Assembly (NCBI GenBank): GCA_964270895.1
Contig: OZ185436.1
Strand: one strand, 5' to 3'
Source: Podarcis filfolensis
Lineage: Eukaryota
Length of the DNA: 64,000 nt
Shown here: positions 11,926 through 23,660 of the stretch, piece by piece
Layout of the letters: every line of letters starts with the position of its first letter
How positions within the stretch are numbered: the stretch's first letter is position 1
The notes under the pieces: generated by a model
Seen by the model: only the letters and a program-made list of their open reading frames with translations
The model's database searches: none
What the model was told of the DNA's origin: nothing
Made by a program: the position numbers and the translations under genes

Positions 11926-14900
11926 TTATATGATCTGTTCAGACTGTCCCTTGGCAATTTGTGCTTAGGTTTCCTTTTTCCTCCCTTGAGCAGGTCATGA
12001 ACATGTGAGGGCCCTGAATGACAACAGCTTTAAAACATTACAAGGTGAATCCTTGCACCCATGACTATTGCCAAACATTAAATGGCAAAAGACGCATAGT
12101 CTTCAGAAATAGCCCAATAACTATTTCATGTATTGAAGAGAAAACCCAGGTTAAAATATAAAATCAGCTGTGGACTCACTGTAAGCCTTAGTTTGATGAC
12201 ATGGAAATAATAGTGGCATGCCTTCAAGATAAATTATTTTAGCTTCAAAGTGCTGTGTTAATTGCAAACAATAAAAAAGTATTGCTGAGTTTCCCCCTTT
12301 CTCATTAGAAATTCCGTAGGGATTCTTCAGGTCAGGGGAAACTACTTAATGTCTGTTCTATTGAAATACAATTCTAAAACCGGGCATTTGAGTTGTTTCT
12401 GTACAGTGTATTGTAATCGCAGGGTAATTTAGGATTCCCAGATGTCTAAATCTAGCCCTCTTATTCCACAACATGATGGGTGTCCATCCGGTATGGACTC
12501 TGCAGAAAAAGAGCACCATTATAAGACTTTAACTCTGAAATTCTGTTCTGGCAGCATTACGCAATAAAGAAAACATGGCATGTCCGCAAACTGGCACTCT
12601 CTAGGCCATTATTTGAGAGATTCATGAGGATGAATATGCATACTTTGTGTACATGTGGTAGTGGCAATGGCTATCCGTCCTAAAATGTGCTTTGTTTTTT
12701 GGAATTGGCTTTTGTTCGTGGTGTACAGCTTTCACACACTGCTGCTTCTGCAGGCAAGTCTTCTTAGATCTTTGTGCCAGTAGAATCCTTACAGTAAATT
12801 GATAACACAGCAGGCTTCCCCATTTTACCTCCCACATGGCCACTTCTCATTGGTTTCTCCTTGTTTTAACATCTTGTCTTCATCAGAATGGTTTGGGGGG
12901 GGGGGTAGTTAGCCAATGTGAATCTTTGGCTGCTGAGACTGCTTCATCATATGTAAGCAAGTGCCATTTCCTCAATGTGAGAAACAGGGAAAGTTTTTGC
13001 ACTCCTGCAGGTCATACTGGTTCTCTGTTTGTTGACAATTTCTTTGAATCACAAGCCCTGTCGTGTCAACCGTTTTGTCTCTCCGTTTCCTGAGAGGCTT
13101 ACGTAAATTTCAGTTTGCACTTGCCTTTCTGTTTTCAGCCTGAAGAATAACATTGTTCTGCTTTTCTCCCTGACCTGGGGGAAATAAAATTAACTTCATC
13201 ACCCAGAGTGTGATAAAGAACACTTACTGCAAGAGGTGGTATAGGGTCAGTGGGGGGGAGTTGACCTTGAATTGAGGGCATACACGCCATGGATCCCTTT
13301 ACCATCACAGCTCCCAGGGGCCATCACTCTGAAAAACAAAATGCTTTTTCTTGTCTGACCTGAACGTCAGGCTGCTTCATTTTGCCCAGTGGGGCCAGGC
13401 ATGAGGCCTTTATCAATATGGCATTTCATTTGCTGTACAGTATGAGAAATCCCTTTGCAACAGAAAAAGGGCATTGCATAACAAAATAATGAAAGACCAG
13501 GCATTAGAAAAGGATTATTTTAGACCTGGCACCATATCCATCATTGAAAAGTGTGCTGCTGAATGCCAAAGGAAAGTGATATCTGTCAGCAGAGAGCTGT
13601 CAGGCTTGTATGCCACTACTTTCATTTTGGAGCTGCTGCATAAAAAAAAAAGAGGACAGGGAAATGAGATTAGCTGTCCTGGCCTCTCTCTCCAAGACCT
13701 CAACACTTTGCAGAATTTCTTGATGCTCTTGCTACTTCCTCCCGAAACAGAAGCCACGTTTTGTCTCTGTAGTCCTTTCCTATTTATCACCCTTTTGATA
13801 GCAGAGTCTTACATTACAATCTACCAAATTAAATATGAAATATTAATTTGTTACTGGAAACAAGAAGTATGTGGCAGCCCTCCGAGAGGAAGAAGGATGA
13901 GTTTTGCAAGTGCAGGAGGGAAACAGGACAGTTCTATTCAGCAAAGAGCTTTCCATAATGGGTTGGTGGGGAGAGGGTTGAGATGAAACAATAGTCCCTT
14001 GAAGATTGTTTTTTCTAACCTCCCACTTTAGAGCAGTAGCACATCAGTCACTTGATAGCACTGAGAAGCATTGTGACCAGAGCTTCTTGCCTAGTCTTGT
14101 CAAATTTATCATAGGCAAAATGCATTTCATCTTTTCTAGCGTCTGTTTGGGTAAATAGGACATTGGTAGTACTGTGTAGGGCTATTAAGAAAATGCCTTG
14201 GTAAGTTTCTGATCCTTTTGTACAAATGACTAAACAACAATAACAAGAGACTTTGATAGAATAAACAAAATTCTGTGCTAGTCTTGCAGAATTCAATATT
14301 TCCCACCAAGAAATCTTTGCCTTTTTCACGGAAAATAAGTAGCAGGTTGTGTTGCCCCTAAACCACCAAGGTTCTGCTTGCCCAATGTCAGATTTGATTT
14401 CTTTTTTGAGCTGACTGTGAACCACTGTGAACAGTTATGCATTTCTAACAGGGCATCATGCTATTTCTGTAACTCTTGGAATCATCATAGAAAAGGTTGG
14501 CAAGGCTTTAAGGTCTGGACCATGACCCAAGAGGTCACACAAGAACCTTGCCCTTTTTATGATTCATTATGTCCTACAGAGGAGCTTGAATGGACCAGAG
14601 AAGAATGGCACAATGTTCTCCCATCCCCTTCAGTTCTTCCAGTAGCAGTAGATCAGTTTGACAATTCTCGGCTGCATCAAAAAGTTAGAGAGTAGCCAAT
14701 AATGAAAGATCTTTCGTTGCAAAGAATTCACTTTGGAGTCAAATGTTCCAGCTTTCTTAAGATCGTCACACTAAAGTGAAGGAAAAATCAATGCTTCACA
14801 AAGCCAAGTATAAAAAGTGCCCTCGTCCCCACTTGAGGTGACAAATGGGTATTCATTTTGTCAGAAGGCTGCTTTCACAGGGACTTGATTCTGTTGCTTG

Positions 14901-14954
14901 CTTTATTTAAAGTTGCTCACAAAATAGACCTCCAGGTATAGGTATATAAATTCA

Positions 14955-14987
<33 letters not shown>
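14955..14987. repeat. (AAT)11 microsatellite
   Basis: Pure AAT run. Confidence 0.95.
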
Positions 14988-14988
<1 letters not shown>

Positions 14989-15088
14989 TAGAATCTTTCT
15001 ACAGCATTTTCACAAAAGGGAACTTTGTAAAGTACTGTACTGCTGTATGCTATTTTGAGGATTGATAATATTTGCTGTTGGTACTTTA

Positions 15089-15148
15089 TTTTTTTTTAAA
15101 AAAAATATTTATTGAAGTTTAACAATTACAAAGAAAGAAAAACGAACA

Positions 15149-15199
<51 letters not shown>

Positions 15200-15697
15200 T
15201 ACAATACTTCAAAAATACAGAAAAATACAATGCTAGAAAAGAAGAGAGAAAAAAAGAAAAAAGAAAGAAAAAAGAAAACCCAAAAACAATACAGCTAAAC
15301 AATAACATTTAAAAACAATAACATCCAGTATTTTCATATCTTTATCTTTCATTTACTTATTTCCATGACTTCCTCACACCTCCCTTTTTGTATTCTTAAT
15401 TCATAATTGTTTCAGCAAGTCCTTTCCCTCTTTTTCAAATTTTATTCCATAGTTTATCTTAACGCAATTTAACCTTAAATTTTACACTTTAACCCATCAA
15501 CAATCCATTTTAACTTAATTCTTTATAACCTTTCTGCTAAGACCATGTAGGTTCATTCCAGCATCTTTCTAACATTCATTAATTTTACAATACTTTTAAA
15601 AATATATTTTAAATTTTTTCCAATCTTCTTCCATCGACTCTTCTCCCTGGTCTCGGATTCTCTGGTTTCTCTTCAGATCGTATAAATCTTTCGCCTT
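15089..15697 (-). mobile_element. 5'-truncated L1 LINE insertion (about 610 bp) with internal (TAA)16
   Basis: Perfect 18-bp TSD tttgctgttggtacttta (15071-15088, 15698-15715); antisense poly(A)/aataaa; ORF2 C-terminus-like RIRDQGEESMEEDWKKFKIYF; TTT/AAAG target. Confidence 0.85.
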
Positions 15698-15745
15698 TTT
15701 GCTGTTGGTACTTTAAAGTCAAAATGTTCAACACAATAAATAAAG

Positions 15746-15866
15746 CAGGAGAGATGGGGGAGCCTGTCACAGCCCAGATGTTGTTGGATTCCAATTCCCA
15801 TCAGTCCCCCCAGTATGACCAATGGTCAGGGATGGCAGGAGTCATAGTAACAGGTCCTCCTCCCTG
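15746..15866. mobile_element. Palindromic hAT MITE, degraded
   Basis: cagg...cctg ends; internal ccaattcccatcag...tgaccaatggtcagggatgg like the 4152 family. Confidence 0.65.
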
Positions 15867-16194
15867 CTTTACAAGATACACTGAGCTGTGAACAGAATGT
15901 TTCAATAGCACTCTTGCTCCTGGACTAGCTAGGTTAAATTCAGAAATATATTGGCTTAACCTTAGAATTTGGAGTGGAGATTACTGCATCAATTTGTTTA
16001 TTTGCCTTCAAGACCCGAAACATTGTTATTTGAGTAGTCCTGGAACGTTGACTTGCAGATGGGTGTCTGCTTTTCCGTTATATTATCAGGTGAATGAGAT
16101 CTTCCCTGGTTTTTTTTGCAGTTCTTTGCTGTCAGTTATTTCACATGCACACAGTGTTCAGAAGTCTGTTTTTCCTCCATTGCCCTCTCCCTAG

Positions 16195-16312
16195 GAGTTG
16201 GTGGTTGCACTGAGTCACCTTGTGGTCCAGTATGAAAGCAATTTCTGCACTGTTGCCTTGCAGTTTATGGAGGAAGAAAAGAACTATGCACTGCCATCAC
16301 CAGCTGCTCCAG
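16195..16312 (+). CDS. RPTOR: Raptor exon 18, ELVVALSHLV...YALPSPAAP
   Basis: ccctag|GAG...CCAG|gtaata; 118 nt, phase 0-1; contains the S696-equivalent. Confidence 0.97.
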
Positions 16313-17610
16313 GTAATACATCATTTTCTTTATTAAAAAATTATAATAAAACTGTGGAAGGTAATTCTATGAGGGAGGGCAGTTTATTGGCTAAATCACA
16401 TATTTTTGGCAACCCTTCCCCCCCAAAAAAACTGATTTTGTGTGTGAAGGTCAAATGAGGGCTTCATATTGGCTCCATTCACACATCATGGTAGATTAAA
16501 GATTTATTGTGGAAGGACAAATAGTTCCCACTTCAGTTCTCCCCTAGCACAAGCAGGAGCAACAAACCACAGTCCCTGCTTTAGCATTACATCCAAACGA
16601 GGAGTCATGGTTTGTTTTATTCTAAGCAAACTTTGATATGAAGCTAGGGTTTATTCTTACTGTGACATGTGGACTGGGTCAGTGTTTTCTATCGCTTCTC
16701 CTCTTCTCTTCCTTCTCTTTGTACATTCTTCTTAATTTGGGAAATACAGAAATCTGGATAAATTGTTGCTGGCCTTTTATTTCGTGAAATGTCATCTTAA
16801 ATATTAAATATCCTGGATAATCTCTGGGGACTTGGGAACCTCTCCTGTCAGATAATTTAGATGAAAATACAGTTGTCTCCCTGCAATGAGTAATTCAATA
16901 GCGCCTTTGTCTGAAAGAGTGGATTATATTAAAAAATATGAAAACCTACTCTCCCATTCCCTTGTCTTTCTTGTTGCCGTTGAATAAAATAATAACGTGT
17001 TTACTCAGGATAAATTAAAGCTGTTATGTAAATAAAATGCACAAGAAGCATCTTATCTACGGCATCAAGACCCAGCTATATCTGGCACAGAATTTCTAAA
17101 GCTTTTATACAGCACAAATGCTTCTTGGATCTCTCTTAAGGAGGAAAACAGTTGAAATGCCAGGCTCTCATAGTATACTGTAACTCCTGCAGCTAAGCAT
17201 TTGGCCGGGGGCGGGAGGACCCTAAAGCTTTGGTTGACCTTTTGTTACAGAAAAGTTAACTAGCCTCACACCTCACCATCATACCCCGCCACATTCCTTT
17301 AAATTGGATTGTCATGTTAGTCCCATTAGAGTTAATGGAGCCTGCACAGCACTTGGTCAGCAAAGTCTAAAATGAACAGATAGAAACAGTAACTCAGATT
17401 TAGGTCTTGTTTGCAGGAGGATGTATTCTCCTAATGCCAAAGAAGGGTACTTGCAGTAGTTAGTTTTCATCTCCATTTATGGACTACCAAGGCCTAGCCC
17501 AACTTTGTATAATATTAGGCCACAATCATGCTAAAAACAGAAAGTTGTGATCCTCTTCCTGGGTGTTAGGAGAATGGGGTAGGAAATGAATAACAATATT
17601 GTCTCCATAG

Positions 17611-17751
17611 AAGGTGGAAGCCTGACTCCAGTGCGAGACAGTCCCTGCACACCAAAACTCCGTTCTGTCAGCTCCTACGGGAATATAAGAGCAGTCACGA
17701 CAGTAAGGAATTTGAATAAGTCTCTGCAGAATCTCAGTTTGAATGAAGAAT
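17611..17751 (+). CDS. RPTOR: Raptor exon 19, (E)GGSLTPVRDSPCTPKLRSVSSYGN...LSLNEE
   Basis: ctccatag|AA...T|gtaagt; 141 nt, phase 1-1; T706 and S722 equivalents. Confidence 0.96.
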
Positions 17752-18425
17752 GTAAGTTTGCTTTTCAGGATTCTCTTATCATTTACTCTTTGCATGCATG
17801 TATGCAAAGCTTACTCATATGATTGCTTCCAACCACAGCAATAATGAACCGACTCAGTGCCTATAAAAGTTTGGATGGCATACCTAAGTGATGTGATGCA
17901 GGATTAGATCCGGAAAACATGAGTGGAAGAGAATTCACAGAAGAGCACTTTCCCGCCTCCTCCCACTCTCCTCCCACTGCCGCCCCATGTTAAAGAGGGT
18001 CAGGGAATCCTCCAAAACAAGGTTGGAAGGGGCGTGGGAGGTGCTGAAAGGGGACAGGGAAGTTCACATGATGCTTGCATGTGATTTGGGGTGATTTCCC
18101 CCTCCTCTAGAAATGCACCCATCACATTCTAGAGGGTCCTCTGACCCTCAGGATTAGCTTTTTGCGAGTGCAAGATGGAAGAATAGCACAGTAAGCCCCT
18201 TCTGCTTGCAATTTCCAGTGTACCCAGTTGTTTTTTTAAAGAGATATTAAACTAGCCTGTCTTTATATCTTGGGGTTGCTCTTCCCATAACTTGAGTAGT
18301 GGTTCCTAATTAGCGCTGTACTGCAGACACCCTGTTTTTCAAAAGCCAAGCCATGGACCTTTGAAAATGTTCACATCTCTGTGGTAGTTTTGGATATGTT
18401 ATTGGTGCCACCATACCCTCTAGTG

Positions 18426-18641
18426 TAAAACAGGGATGTGCTCACGTGTGAGTCATGTGACCAATGCAAGAGCACAGCACCAAAAAGCACATTTTTTGAG
18501 TGCTGTGCTCTTGCATGAGAGCACGGCCCCCCAAAATGAGATGTCCCAGACATCCCATTGGTGGGTATGTTGGTGGGTATGTGTGATGGACCTCCTATGT
18601 GGGCCCCCTGGGGTCTGCAGGCCACCAAGTGGGAACCACTG
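18426..18641. mobile_element. hAT (Charlie-like) element remnant with internal hairpin
   Basis: Right TIR gtgggaaccactg followed by ctctagag; possible left TSD ctctagtg at 18418-18425; left TIR not recognisable. Confidence 0.5.
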
Positions 18642-19140
18642 CTCTAGAGCAAGATTTTCCACAGCCGCTAATACCGACACCCTGTGGTTGATGCAATCAT
18701 GCAGGAAATGAATGAAGACCTGGGGGTCAAGAAAAGGGCCTAGGAGTGAAAAAGAAGTTTACAAGGCATAATGCCAAAAAATTAATTGAGAGCTATGAGC
18801 CTCAGAAATATAGGCATAGGCATTTACAGAGCACACCTCCCTTGCCAATGATGAATCTCTATATTTAATAAGATAATATTACAACACATCAATTTTATGA
18901 TTTATGGTCATGGTGATGGGTGATTAAGAAATGTTAATCATATATTGATATTTCTTGACTTTATTTCATTTATGTTCCTAAAAATTTGGGTTGGAGTCAA
19001 TGACAACTTTATTGGCACATCGAGGGGTCAATGTACTCGAAAGTTTGGGAAATCCTGCTGTACACTGATACTCCAAGGAATACTGTCCTTGCACACTTGC
19101 TTCTCTCAGTGTTTCCTTACTTATTCTTTGTCTTCAACAG

Positions 19141-19299
19141 CTGGGAGCTCTGTTGCCTTTTCTCCTGGGAACTTGAGCACCAGCAGCAGTGCCAGTAGCA
19201 CCTTGGGCAGCCCTGAGAACGAAGAGTATATCCTGTCTTTTGAGACCATTGACAAGATGAGAAGAGTCAGCTCCTACTCTTCACTTAATTCACTGATAG
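19141..19299 (+). CDS. RPTOR: Raptor exon 20, (S)GSSVAFSPG...KMRRVSSYSSLNSLI
   Basis: tcttcaacag|CT...G|gtgagc; 159 nt, phase 1-1; S791/S792 equivalents. Confidence 0.97.
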
Positions 19300-19689
19300 G
19301 TGAGCCTGCACATTTCCAAGCCGCCTCATCTCTATTCTGCAGAGTATGGTAGGAAAGCTTTGAGGAGGAGTTCTTTGTAACGGCACATAGGCTCTTAATG
19401 TGAGTGGACAGCAACCTGACAAAAGGAGATGGGAAATTTGTTTGAAGTTTTTTGTGTGGATGCAGAACAATGACACAGCTGCATTTGTGTGTGAGAGTGT
19501 GCCAGCTTTTTGAAAGGGGATGATGCATTTTCCATGGTTAACAATCCCAGCAAAAGAACCAAATGTTGATTGGAATTTGCAGCTGCTTCCAGCATTCTTA
19601 CCTAGAAAACTGGGTGTTTATATTTGACTTTAGTTTTGATGCACTGCCTTGTTGATAGTAACACCTATGTTGGCTACAATATACTAGAG

Positions 19690-19886
19690 CAGAGCTTTCC
19701 AAATTGTGTGTCACAACACATTAGTGTTTTGGCTGCAGTGTGTAGGTGTGTCGCACAATGTGTGTCCGTATCTCTTAAAAGGCATTAGTTTAACCTCTGG
19801 TTTGCTAGTAAAACTGAATTACTATGTCGCAAAATGATGCATGGCTAGGAAGTGTGTCACCAACATGAAAAGTTTGGAAAGCTCTG
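19690..19886. mobile_element. hAT-Charlie/Buster-type MITE (197 bp)
   Basis: 14-bp perfect TIR cagagctttccaaa/tttggaaagctctg; perfect 8-bp TSD TACTAGAG. Confidence 0.92.
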
Positions 19887-22183
19887 TACTAGAGAGTGGG
19901 GCTGACTGTTACTTCAGTTTCTGTTGCCCTGTTTTCTAGGGCTTATGGAGAACTCTATATGAAGCCAGTTGTATTCATGTTTCAGTCTGAATCTGTGCAT
20001 CAGTTAACTAAGTGATCCATGGAGCTTGTGCAAAGATGAGCAGGGATTGGGATGGAGACAGAATTCTTGTACCTTGCTTTCTTATTTCTCCTCCACTACC
20101 ATTACAACCTTCCCTGCTACACCCACCTCACCTCATTTCCAGTCTTTGTCTGGGCAGGGCAGGAAAGCACCCAATTAGAACAACTGCTCCTTTTGCATCA
20201 TAATGGACATGGTTAACTCATGTGCCACAGACATTTCCTCGACACTTAGCTCCTGTGTTTATGTGGAGGTGAAAAGGGGGAAATAGGTCGAACCACCCAG
20301 ATCAGGAAAGAAAAGTGCTACTGGCTTGGCCCTGCCCTAGTTTCAGTACCTGGCACCTCCTGTTATAAGGCTGAGTTGTAAAACTTGAGGCCTTGGGAAA
20401 CCATGGGCTAGATGGGCAAATAGTCTGACCCAGGTGTAAGGCAGTTTTCCATGTCTGTTTTCTTATAAGAGTAGCATGGCAGGATTACAGTGCTTTGGTT
20501 CCTGTAGGATTGTTTGTTTGTTGTAGCTAAATTACTCAGGCTTGCTATGTTAATCATCCCAGTCCCAAGACTAAAGTAATGTAGATTTTTAAGGAAGAGT
20601 GAATTGGTCAGATATTAAACTCACACAGACCGTTCCAGAGCATAAAGCACAATATTGCTCCTAGACTATGATTCTAACTAATCATCGATCACATTGAGAT
20701 GATGACAAATGGTCACACAGCCATTGAAATTTGGCTACATGATAACATTGCAAAGCCAAGTAAGCGAGGACAGGAAATAATTCCATTGCCTTTGTGCTTA
20801 TTTGGAGCCCTGCCCGCTGATAAGGCATAGTTTTTGAAGGGGGATAAGAGTTTCTCTTAAAAGTGGGGGCCCCCCACTTTAGCTCAGCCCCATAAAATGG
20901 CCCACTGTTTCAGTTCCTGTGGGTATTTCTCCATAGTCTTCTGCTAATGTAAAGAGGTGCATATTTTGTTATTTACATGTGTCTTAAAAGAGTTTTAGAG
21001 CACAGCTGAAAAACATAGCCTAGGAATGAGATGAGTGAGAGCATCTTGAAGCACAAAAGCAGCTCTCTAGTGCCTTCCTCATTCATATTCAGACAGGAAC
21101 AGCTCATATCCAGCTGTAAACGACATAGCTTATGGAAGTGTTTAAAATTCATAACTTACACGGAATCCCATTACTTTCAGCACTTACCTCTTTAAGGCCG
21201 GGGTTTTTCTTCTTCCTCCATGATTTCTTTTTTTCTCCTCCTTCCTTTTTCAAATGCATCTTCCAGCCTTGCCTCTGCTGCATCCTAAAGGAAATGGTAA
21301 AAAAAAAAGGAAACCTGAACTCGGTCCATAGGTTTGCGCTTGAGTTGACCTGAATGGCAGATTATGTAAACTTTCGGAATCTTGTCAACTCCAACCCATT
21401 CTCTCCTGTTTAAATTTCTTCTCAATTACACTGGGCAGGAGGGGGATAACTTGTTCAGGACCAAAGGCCACAATAAGAATTTCATGAGCTAGATGGACTC
21501 AGACCATTTACACATAATTGACACTAACATTGTAAGATTATTATGGATTTCTAGGCAATGAAAAGTTGCACTTTCTGTGTGACACCATTTGTGCAGTTGG
21601 CAGTGTACTGTTCAGGGTAGACTATGAGCTCATTCTGGGTGCTGAACAAGGTCTAGAGGAGACTGGCTTGGGATATGAGGCAGTATTGAGAAGCAAAAAG
21701 CAAGCATAGACTCCTGGGTATGTGTGGCTGGATCAGGTTGTTCACAGTACCCAATAGCTCCCTAGGCAAACTCCCAGGGAAGAGGGATGTTGTCTAACAA
21801 GAGTCTTAGCCCATCCAAATAGGCCCAAGCTCCAACCTCTTAACGGAGGGCAAGTAACTTGGAGCATGGCACTCCATTGTTGTCAAGTGGGCTTCCAGGT
21901 GTGTTATCTCTGTTAAGAGCCTTAATGGAAGTGAAAGTTATGGGTGGCTGGTGCGGTGATGGAGTTTTGGATCCTTTCTTGAGATGGGCCAGTGTTTGAC
22001 TCTGTATAGGGCACCTTCATGGATGCAGTTAGCTTTTTTAGCTCATGGCAAGTAGCTGACTAGCCTAGACTAATTCTCAGGTCAGCCATAGAGTCTCTTC
22101 AGTATATGGAGAGTGGGGAAAGGCAATATTGAACAAGTAGTAATTTATGCATAGAGAGGGGCAGGTTGGAGATAAAAGCATGT

Positions 22184-22401
22184 GAGGAATGGCTCCATAG
22201 CTCCATGGTAAAGCACATGGTTTGCATGCATCTGTTCTCAGGTTTCTTTCCTGGCATCTCTGGTTCAAAGGATCTCAGGCAACAAGACTACGAAAGCCCT
22301 CTACCTGAGACCTCAGTGAACCACTGACATGCAAAGTAGACAATACTGGGTTAGACAGAGCAATAGTCTTCTGACTCCATATAAGGCTGTTTCATATGTT
22401 C
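22184..22401 (+). mobile_element. tRNA-headed SINE with CR1-like tail
   Basis: ccatagctccatggtaaagcacatggtttgcatgca...gtagacaatactggg...ctgactccatataaggctg...tatgttc. Confidence 0.65.
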
Positions 22402-23424
22402 AAAGCCTTTTGATGCTTTCGTGCATGGGGCCTTTTCTCTCAGTTGCAATCTGTTTATTATCATTTCTTAATATGCACCTTTTGTTATGCTGCTAAATGT
22501 GAAATTTATTGTTATTTCATAGCAGTTGGTGGGGTGGGGTGAATCCAACCCTCCTGACCCTGACATCACAGCTGAATGCTGCAACGAATTAGAATTTTGC
22601 AACAGTCTGCTGTAAAATAAATATCCTTAGAATTATATAATTCTGAGCCCAGGAACTTATTTAGAGCTCCAGAACTGAACTGAGCTCACAATAAATCTAC
22701 ACCAAAATCAATTTTGGTTACACCCACACCCACCCACACAGACACACACCCCTTTCCAGCTTTCTTCATTCTTTCAACATAGTTTAAGGGCAAGGAGTCA
22801 ATTTGTTGTCATCTTTGTAAAACAGCTGGGGGTCAGAAATCTGTGTTGATCTACTTCAAATCACACAGTGATCTACCATTAGATCCTGATCTGTCTTCTG
22901 CTCACCCTGTTCTAGCACAATAGGCATAAATTCGCTTCTCCTCTGCAAATGCATGCATTTTAACAATCCTCTCCCCCACCCCACTTCCGGTCTATGTGAG
23001 GCCATAGCACTCCCATAAGTGGGTCAGGCTGAGGCATTTTGCTTCTCTAGAACACTGCAACTCCACCAAATTTTGTGCTTAGGTCTACCTTTTGCTACAT
23101 ATCCAAATGATATCTGAATCCCATTTTTAGCCCTTTCTCATCTTGAACATACTGTATTTGTGCTTTTATGCTAATGCAATTATCCAAGCAAAATGTGGTT
23201 TGCCTTGGAAATGAGTTTTCTGAAACCTCCAGGATCCATCAAGCCTGGGGTTTGCCTGATTTGATGGGGAAACGGGAGTTATAAGCAGTGTACTTAGGAA
23301 TCCACCTATACATAATGCTATTTACAGAATAATGTAACTGTTCAGAGAGTGAAGTTATGGTCTTTGTAGGGCTAGGATAAGAAAAGGTAAAACATGAGAT
23401 GCAAAGGAGAGGAAAGATAACATT

Positions 23425-23660
23425 TATTACATTTTATTATTATTACATTTATATCTTGCTGTTCTTCCAACGAGCTCAAGTCAGTATCCACTGTCCAGTT
23501 TCCTCCTTCTGCTATTTAACCTCACACAACATTCCATTAAAGCTTTATAACACTAAGAGAGAGTGACTGGCCCAGGGAGCTTTATGGCTGTGCAGAGATT
23601 TTAATTCTGGTCTCCCTGGTCCTAGCGTGGCACTTTAGCAACTACAGCACACTGGTTAGG
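23425..23660 (-). mobile_element. CORE-type SINE, antisense, degraded
   Basis: tttattacatttatatc tail...gagagtgactggcccagg...gcaactacagcacactgg head. Confidence 0.55.

Noticed and set aside
13474-13986. Longest listed ORF (170 aa) and the other 60-150 aa intronic ORFs
   Set aside because: No recognisable homology, mostly non-ATG or low-complexity starts, expected by chance in introns; only ORFs overlapping exons or L1/L2/RTE remnants are meaningful.
14140-14200. Pseudoexon with TTG|gtaagt donor
   Set aside because: 61 nt with an immediate stop; no supporting features.
17701-17708. Cryptic donor ACA|gtaagg within exon 19
   Set aside because: Would frameshift into exon 20 and is weaker than the authentic gtaagt donor.
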